A stretch of 64,000 nt of DNA from the NCBI GenBank assembly GCA_021799535.1, contig JAJZAH010000004.1, forward strand, positions 6,450-70,449, read 5' to 3'. The stretch is from Nanobdellota archaeon. GTDB lineage: Archaea; Nanobdellota; Nanobdellia; Pacearchaeales; GW2011-AR1. Under the pieces are notes generated by a model. That model worked only from the letters and a program-made list of their open reading frames with translations, made no database searches and was not told where the DNA came from. Numbering within the stretch: position 1 is the stretch's first letter; every line of letters begins with the position of its first letter. Of this stretch, positions 58,097-64,000 are shown one piece after another. The position numbers were made by a program, and so were the translations under genes.

Positions 58097-58438
58097 ATGG
58101 AAAGTAAAAAAAACAAGATTTGGATAGGACATAACGGCTTGGGGTATTGCGTTAGGTATAATGGCGAACTCCCTGGGGATTATTGCGGTTCTTACAGATG
58201 GCCCGGCAATTCCGGATTTCATGACTTAATTAATCTTCTGTCCAACACGGCCGACGAATTTTATCAGAAAGGGATTGAACTCAGAATAGAAAAACATTCA
58301 ACGACGAAAATTCCGGCAGAAGAGAGAAGGACAATTGAAACAATCGTAGGAAAGATAGAAAAAATCTGCATTAGAAATAAAAAACTTTCTTCACAAATTT
58401 CTCACGCGCAAAGGAGCCTCTTTAAACTACAAAGATAA
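58097..58438 (+). CDS. Hypothetical protein
   Basis: 113 aa from the internal Met. The 5' part of the track ORF overlaps the glmS 3' end. Confidence 0.35.
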   Translation: MESKKNKIWIGHNGLGYCVRYNGELPGDYCGSYRWPGNSGFHDLINLLSNTADEFYQKGIELRIEKHSTTKIPAEERRTIETIVGKIEKICIRNKKLSSQISHAQRSLFKLQR

Positions 58439-58473
58439 GCTAGGAAACCCCATTATAGCAAAGGTCAATATCA

Positions 58474-58890
58474 ATGACATGCGAGCTAAAAAAGAAAGCT
58501 TATAAACAAAAATCGGAGAATACTCCAACGAGAAGAAACGCGCAATTGCTGATTATGGATGCAAGATGTCCCTCAGACTGCGGTTACCTGGGAAACTACA
58601 TAAAAGACACAGATGAATATTTTAAAGCCCTAAAGAAAATCACACATTATATACAACCGGGGTTCGACCGTTCAGTAATCATAGGACTCAATGATAAAGC
58701 TTTGATTTCATCTGACCTATCCGGATACGCCTCGATAGATCTCGGGAGGCAAATCGTGAGTTATTCGGAGCAAAATATCCCCGGTGCGAAAGAGATTTTT
58801 ATCCCATACAAAAGCTGGCACCCATACATTTTTTTCTATCAGCAGATTAAGCTCGATGATGGAGCAAAGAAAAAGAAAACGAGCTCATGA
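58474..58890 (+). CDS. Hypothetical protein
   Basis: 138-aa ORF. No motif. Confidence 0.35.
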   Translation: MTCELKKKAYKQKSENTPTRRNAQLLIMDARCPSDCGYLGNYIKDTDEYFKALKKITHYIQPGFDRSVIIGLNDKALISSDLSGYASIDLGRQIVSYSEQNIPGAKEIFIPYKSWHPYIFFYQQIKLDDGAKKKKTSS

Positions 58891-59073
58891 AGATCCTCCT
58901 GGAACTGGATGTGACAAAAAGGCTCCTAGAGTTTTCTGATTACAAGCGTAATAATGCAAAAGATATAAGAGGCATATGGAAAAATTCGATTTCTTACGAG
59001 GGACCCCAAAAGAGTATAAGTCGGGGATAGGCCACCTTTATGCGAATGACCGTGTCTGTGAGCATTTAGGTGC

Positions 59074-59391
59074 AAGTCGGGGATAGGCCACCTTCTGTCG
59101 TTCGCCGCTTTCGGACCGAACGTGCTGGCATTCGACTATGCAGGCATGCTTAAGCTACCCTTGCATCAACCAAGTTGCCCGTTTCATCAAATCCGTTTTT
59201 TCGTCGCTCCCCTCAAGGTTCAATGCTCCAAAACGGCTGTGTCGTTTCTGTTGCAGAGCTTTCCATCACTGGAATCTCCCTTTCAGGAGATAGTTTATCT
59301 CACGATGGGCGGACCTTCCTCAGAATCCAGAAATCATAAAACATTTCTTGGCAATTTAACGCCAGGATCCCGAAAGCCAGCTCCCCGACTT
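59074..59391 (-). ncRNA. rnpB: RNase P RNA (archaeal type A-like)
   Basis: On the minus strand the P1 helix pairs AAGTCGGGGA... with ...TCCCCGACTT. It has CR-I-like GAGGAAGGTCCGCCC, ACAGAAACGACACAGCC and a 3' ACAGAAGGTGGCCTATCCCCGACTT. It is GC-rich relative to its surroundings. Length is ~318 nt. Confidence 0.8.
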
Positions 59392-59586
59392 ACAGAATTA
59401 CTGCGAAGGTAGAGATTATAAAACTTGTGATTTCAATAGTATGTGTAAGACCAGTATATATGTCATGAACCAACATATGATTTCAAGGGATAACAAAGCT
59501 TTTAAACCATCCAAGCCTGCAAAAGTCATCCAGACTACATCGCTGAACTCCAAAGTTCTGGGATCAGGCGCATACTGTAGAAGGAC

Positions 59587-60222
59587 ATGAAGATGGAAAT
59601 AAGCGACCAGCTGAAATCAGCAATAGCCGAATTAAGGAAAAGCGAACCAAGAAAGTTCAAGCAAACTGTTGATTTAGTTGTGAACCTTCAAAAGTTTGAG
59701 GTGAAAAAAACTCCTCTTAACATATTTATAAGAATACCACACAAGTCAAAGGATAAAAAAATTGCAGGCTTCTTCGAGTCTAAGAGCGAGATTATTGACA
59801 GTATAACCGAGATGGACTTCAAAAAATATAATGATAAAAAAAAGCTGAAGTCCCTTGTGAACAAATATGACTTTTTCATTGCACAGGCCAAGCTTATGCC
59901 CAAAGTGGCTACGGTTTTTGGAAGAGTGCTTGGACCTGCCGGGAAAATGCCTTCCCCACAGATGGGGATAGTTCTGAATGCGGACCAAAAGTCCATCGAT
60001 GAGCTCAGGGAAAAAATAAACACGAGCCTTAGGATAAGGACTAAAGAACCATCGATAAAAGTAGCAGTCGGAAAAGAGGACATGAAAGACGAGGAGATAA
60101 TTGAGAATGTGATATCTATTTACAACGAGCTTGTCAAGGCCCTTCCAAGGGACAAAGAAAACATAAAGAACATGGAGATAAAATTCACGATGACTAAACC
60201 TGTGAAGATAAAATTAAGATGA
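59587..60222 (+). CDS. rpl1: 50S ribosomal protein L1 (uL1)
   Basis: 211 aa with FKQTVDLVVNL...LGPAGKMPSP. Confidence 0.9.
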   Translation: MKMEISDQLKSAIAELRKSEPRKFKQTVDLVVNLQKFEVKKTPLNIFIRIPHKSKDKKIAGFFESKSEIIDSITEMDFKKYNDKKKLKSLVNKYDFFIAQAKLMPKVATVFGRVLGPAGKMPSPQMGIVLNADQKSIDELREKINTSLRIRTKEPSIKVAVGKEDMKDEEIIENVISIYNELVKALPRDKENIKNMEIKFTMTKPVKIKLR

Positions 60223-61103
60223 AAAAGCAAGTTAAAACACACGTATCAAAAGAGAAAGTCAATGCGGTTAAGCAGATGACTGATTTGTTAAAGACCAAAA
60301 AGACGATAATGGTAGCTGATATCTCCTCGATCCCGAATTCCCAGTATGAGGAGATAAAAAAGAAACTCAGAGGAAAGTCCACCGTCAAGGTTCCAAAGAA
60401 GAATCTTTTTTTCAGAGCAGTTGATGAATCGAAAAATGAGGTTCTTCTAAATATAAAAGGATTTTTCAACAAGCCTGTTGCAGTCTTATTTTCAGATATG
60501 GACTCATATGATCTTGCGGCCGAGCTTATAAAAAATAAAAGCCCTGCCAAAGCAAAGCCTGGACAAATTGCACCAAACGACTTGGAGGTTCCTGCAGGAC
60601 CTACAGATCTTGTCCCGGGTCCGGCAATATCCGAACTTGGGGCCCTCGGAATAAAGATCCAAATACAGGGAGGCAAAATAGAAATCAAGGAACCAAAGAT
60701 ACTAACGAAAAAAGGCGACAAGATTTCTGACGGAGCATCTGCCATACTTGCAAAATTAGGCATAATGCCTTTCACTATAGGGTTTACTCCGATCTCAGCA
60801 TATGATTCAAAATCAGGAAAGATTTACACAGAGATAAAGATAAATCCAGAAGAAGCCACAAGAGAGATGAAAGAATCATTCGCAAGAGCTATTGGACTTG
60901 CCGTTAGTGCAAGCTACTTCACAAAAGAGACTACTCCCTTAATGATCCAGAAAGCGGGAGTATATGAAAAGAGAATGATAAAGATCATAACCGGAGAGCC
61001 TGATGAAACCACTGCTCCAACGGCAAAAGAAGAGATTCCTCAACCTAAAAAGGAGGAAAAACCAGTGAACCCTGCCGAAGGGCTTGCAAGCCTTTTCGGA
61101 TAG
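60219..61103 (+). CDS. rplP0: 50S ribosomal stalk protein P0 (uL10)
   Basis: 294 aa. It has an ATGA overlap with rpl1 and the C-terminal stalk peptide EGLASLFG. Confidence 0.9.
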   Translation: MKKQVKTHVSKEKVNAVKQMTDLLKTKKTIMVADISSIPNSQYEEIKKKLRGKSTVKVPKKNLFFRAVDESKNEVLLNIKGFFNKPVAVLFSDMDSYDLAAELIKNKSPAKAKPGQIAPNDLEVPAGPTDLVPGPAISELGALGIKIQIQGGKIEIKEPKILTKKGDKISDGASAILAKLGIMPFTIGFTPISAYDSKSGKIYTEIKINPEEATREMKESFARAIGLAVSASYFTKETTPLMIQKAGVYEKRMIKIITGEPDETTAPTAKEEIPQPKKEEKPVNPAEGLASLFG

Positions 61104-61130
61104 GTCACTAATTAAATGAAGGTAACGAAA

Positions 61131-61418
61131 ATGGAATATGTATATGCGGCACTTTTGTTGCACAAACTTGGAAAAGAAGTTAGTGAAGACGGCATAAAAG
61201 CAGTCGTTGCAGCAACAGGCACAAGTGTTGATGACTCCAAAGTCAAAAGCCTTGTCGCAAGCCTTAAAGGTGTAGATATAGACGCTGAACTTGCAAATGC
61301 AAGCATGGCATCTGCAGCTCCGGCAGCACCAGCAGCTGAAGCAAAGAAAGAAGAAGCACCAAAGAAAGAAGAAAAGAAGGCATCTGCAGCAGAAGGATTG
61401 GCTTCATTGTTTGGATAA
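61131..61418 (+). CDS. rpl12: 50S ribosomal stalk protein P1 (aL12)
   Basis: MEYVYAALLLHKLGKEV..., with an Ala/Lys/Glu-rich hinge and the C-terminal EGLASLFG. The track start at 61116 is an alternative. Confidence 0.9.
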   Translation: MEYVYAALLLHKLGKEVSEDGIKAVVAATGTSVDDSKVKSLVASLKGVDIDAELANASMASAAPAAPAAEAKKEEAPKKEEKKASAAEGLASLFG

Positions 61419-61534
61419 TTTTGTTGATTTTATCCATTAAGCCAATCCCAACTTCTTTAGTTGGGACATGAGTTTCTTCGAAAGGAATTCTGAAAGACAA
61501 CAATTCTTTTAAATTAACAGGGAGTCTGATACAG

Positions 61535-61882
61535 ATGGATGAAGACATTTACATTGGAGATTATGCAATTAGATTTGAAGACGGAACACTTACAGTCAAA
61601 AGAGGGCAACTGGAAGTCAGATTGGATAAAGTCGATGAATCCGTATTTATAAGCTCGAAAGGGCTCCACTCTGTGAGGATCACTTCTATAAATTCTACTC
61701 TCGGCGGGGGGATCTCTCCAACTGCAAATTATCCTCCAAATGTTTTTGGAGATAAAGTGGAGTATAAGATCACAAGGTATAATGGTGAAGGAGCGCAGAT
61801 TCCCAATGAGATCTTCGTTGGGAAAGAGGGATATTTTTATCAATGGGGGCCCAAGACATCAAAGGTTGAAGACAAAGATTGA
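61535..61882 (+). CDS. Hypothetical protein
   Basis: 115-aa ORF. No motif. Confidence 0.35.
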   Translation: MDEDIYIGDYAIRFEDGTLTVKRGQLEVRLDKVDESVFISSKGLHSVRITSINSTLGGGISPTANYPPNVFGDKVEYKITRYNGEGAQIPNEIFVGKEGYFYQWGPKTSKVEDKD

Positions 61883-61927
61883 TCCGAATGAATAGTTTTA
61901 TAATTCTGTATTTTCTACCTGAGCCAT

Positions 61928-62045
61928 GCCTGCATAGCTCAGTCGGTAGAGCGATTGCTTCGTAAGCAAAACAAGTTTTGCGCATTTCGCGAAACGAATT
62001 TGCAGAAAAAGCAATAGGTCGGGAGTTCAACTCTCCCTGCAGGCT
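61928..62045 (+). tRNA. tRNA-Thr (CGU) with a 45-nt intron
   Basis: Exon 1 is GCCTGCATAGCTCAGTCGGTAGAGCGATTGCTTCGTA (61928-61964). The intron is 61965-62009. Exon 2 is AGCAATAGGTCGGGAGTTCAACTCTCCCTGCAGGCT. The anticodon stem ATTGC/GCAAT forms only after removal of the insert. Confidence 0.85.
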
Positions 62046-62103
62046 TTCAGCTCAAAGGAAATTAGAAAGATATATAAAAAAACAGGGTAGTTTGATTAAA
62101 AGT

Positions 62104-62211
62104 ATGAGAAAACAACCAAAAACTCTACGTGGACAAATGAGAAGATTAACAAGCGGAACGGGACAAAAAATCCTGAAACGGATACAAAAAAAGATTATAA
62201 TAAAACCCTGA
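62104..62211 (+). CDS. Possible 35-aa highly basic protein
   Basis: MRKQPKTLRGQMRRLTSGTGQKILKRIQKKIIIKP. TATATAAAAA at 62071-62080 lies ~30 nt upstream of the ATG. There is no homology support. Confidence 0.25.
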   Translation: MRKQPKTLRGQMRRLTSGTGQKILKRIQKKIIIKP

Positions 62212-62302
62212 AAAAAATAAAAAAAGAAATGAATTTTAAAGTGGACATTTGTTAACTCATTAATCCACAAATCTTTATAACTCCGACGCAATTTTTTGAG
62301 TG

Positions 62303-64000
62303 ATGGCATGGAATCTTTATGACAAGGGAGAATTCCTGAAACCCCTTTGCTTCTCAAACGGAAAAAGCCAGGAAGATGTCGTTGAGGAAGTCTTGGGCCT
62401 TATCGAAAAAGGCGTGAGGATAATTTTCATACACGGTGTCTGCGGGACAGGAAAATCTGCGATAGCACTTAATCTCGCAAGCAAGATAGGGAAGACTTCA
62501 ATAGTAGTTCCAGGTAAAACTCTCCAGGCCCAATACAAAAGAGATTACGAAGGAGAAAAATATCTTCTGAAACCAAACGGCGAAAAGCTAAAGATAAGCG
62601 TCATCACTGGAAGGAACAATCACCCCTGCAAGTTCCTTCAGGACAACAAAGACGCAATCCCAAAAATAAGAAGAGAGATCAATGCAAAATTAAATGATAT
62701 ATTCTCCGGCGTCTTGAGGGAGAAAAAAGAGAATGAAAAAGAGAACACATCAGCTGCAAACCCTGAACTCCCGTGCAACATAGATATAAGGGAGAAAAAC
62801 TGGCTGAAGATAAAGGAGTACTTAAAACATAACAAAAAAATAGACATACGAAATTTCTCTTCTGTGAAAGACGTAAAAAGACTAAGCATCGCTCCAGTCT
62901 GTCCATACTGGAGTCCTGTACTCCCTGAAAAATATGAGATAAAAACACTCACGGATTCAAAGCAAAGGAGATATGAAGGACTTGACGGGAATATTTTTGT
63001 CCAATATAGGAGAAAAAAGGGGTGTCCGTTTTATGAGCAGTTTGACTCATATATAGACTCAGATGTGATAGTATTTAATTCCCTGAAATACAAGCTCGAG
63101 ACAGCTCTCTTAAGAAAACCAAAGACAGAAGTAGAGATAATCGATGAGTGCGACGAATTCCTTGATAGTTTCTCAAATGAAAGGACAATAAATATAGATA
63201 GACTCCAAAGCGCACTCATACACACGCTTGGAGCCGGGGAAGGCGATCAGGAAACAATAGAAGAACTTTTTGAGCTTATCACCCATCTGGGGAAAGATGA
63301 GAGAGTCGGAGATGCGATAAGAGCAGGAGAGATAATCCCGTTAAAGTCCACAGGAGTTTATGATATAATAAAGATATTCATAAAAGAAGAATGGCTAAAA
63401 TCCATTGATGATGAAAGCTACCTTTTTGATGTCCTTGAAACTGCTAAGATGTTCACGGAATTCCTTGACGAAAGCTATGTGATATTTTCAAAAAAAGAAA
63501 AAGGGTTATATGCAGATGTCGTCACGACAAATCTTGCAAAAAAATTCAGCCAGCTCGTAAATAAAAATAAGGTTATTGTTCTTATGTCCGGGACGCTACA
63601 TTCAGACGAAGTTCTAAAAAATATCTTCGGACTCTCGAACTTTGAGAGGGTAGATGCGGAAACACAGAGTCAAGGGGAAGTCAGGGTGAAAAAGACAGGC
63701 CTTGAAATGGACTGCAGATATTCAAACTTCTCTTCTGAAAAATTGACGCGTGAAGATTACCTGAAAGCGCTGGATAGATGCATAAAAGAAGCCCCAAGGC
63801 CGACGCTCGTCCATGTCAATGCTTTCCTTGATCTGCCTTCAGAAAGCGAAATAATAAAGTTTAATCTTAAGAACCTGATGCCAAGAGAGAAAGTCAAAGA
63901 GATGCAGATGGAAGACAAACATGGCAGGCTTACTGAAGAGTTCAAGAAAGGAAAGAGGGAGATCCTTTTTTCAACAAGGGACTCAAGAGGCGTCGATTTT
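62303..64000 (+). CDS. XPD/Rad3/DinG-family Fe-S helicase-like protein (3'-truncated by the window end)
   Basis: This open frame runs to the window edge and is absent from the track. It has Walker A HGVCGTGKS, four Cys (HPCKF, LPCN, VCPYW, GCPFY), SDVIVFNSLKY, and IIDECDEF (DExx box). Confidence 0.65.
   Translation, partial: MAWNLYDKGEFLKPLCFSNGKSQEDVVEEVLGLIEKGVRIIFIHGVCGTGKSAIALNLASKIGKTSIVVPGKTLQAQYKRDYEGEKYLLKPNGEKLKISVITGRNNHPCKFLQDNKDAIPKIRREINAKLNDIFSGVLREKKENEKENTSAANPELPCNIDIREKNWLKIKEYLKHNKKIDIRNFSSVKDVKRLSIAPVCPYWSPVLPEKYEIKTLTDSKQRRYEGLDGNIFVQYRRKKGCPFYEQFDSYIDSDVIVFNSLKYKLETALLRKPKTEVEIIDECDEFLDSFSNERTINIDRLQSALIHTLGAGEGDQETIEELFELITHLGKDERVGDAIRAGEIIPLKSTGVYDIIKIFIKEEWLKSIDDESYLFDVLETAKMFTEFLDESYVIFSKKEKGLYADVVTTNLAKKFSQLVNKNKVIVLMSGTLHSDEVLKNIFGLSNFERVDAETQSQGEVRVKKTGLEMDCRYSNFSSEKLTREDYLKALDRCIKEAPRPTLVHVNAFLDLPSESEIIKFNLKNLMPREKVKEMQMEDKHGRLTEEFKKGKREILFSTRDSRGVDF

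Noticed and set aside
60194-60775. 193-aa minus-strand ORF (also 59688-60083, 59746-59988, 61112-61306)
   Set aside because: These are antisense shadows of the rpl1, P0 and P1 genes.

Overview
This is a low-GC archaeal window. The 16S rRNA has archaeal signatures, and archaea-only proteins are present (PCNA, aIF5A, L37Ae, L40e, RpoP, Spt5, prefoldin, Taw1, P0/P1 stalk). tRNA introns and the compact, reduced-looking gene content suggest a DPANN-type (Woese-/Pacearchaeota-like) lineage, but that assignment is inference. The housekeeping backbone includes PCNA, a SepF / prefoldin / RpoP / L37Ae / tRNA-Pro / L11 / Spt5 / SecE / FtsZ block, aIF5A, L40e, an M50 protease, Taw1, S2, CysRS, GlmS, RNase P RNA and L1-P0-P1. 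A 16S - tRNA-Ala - 23S operon lies on the minus strand with no linked 5S. Five tRNAs are present, two of them with introns. Accessory content stands out in four places. (1) An ~9.2 kb AT-richer element is integrated at the 3' end of an intron-containing tRNA-Gly. It is bounded by 12-bp direct repeats and 14-bp inverted repeats. It carries a tyrosine integrase, a fused type IIG restriction-modification enzyme, PIN and RHH genes, and a translationally coupled four-gene operon built around an extended QueC-like PP-loop ATPase. That operon does not match the gene sets of the known QueC-containing systems (Dpd, QatABCD, type IV CBASS) and is my best candidate for an undescribed defence-type system. 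(2) A cluster of eight consecutive genes at 2.4-10 kb all have class III (type IV pilin-like) signal peptides, including two very large Cys-rich proteins. No assembly ATPase, platform protein or prepilin peptidase lies in the window. (3) A putative S-layer gene has a long structured leader, and a minimal archaeosortase-like gene sits beside a surface protein with a C-terminal sorting-signal-like tail. (4) Short duplications of the termini of three stable-RNA genes (tRNA-Ala, tRNA-Phe, RNase P RNA) resemble recombination scars. All protein calls rest on motifs read by eye from the supplied translations. No database search was run.
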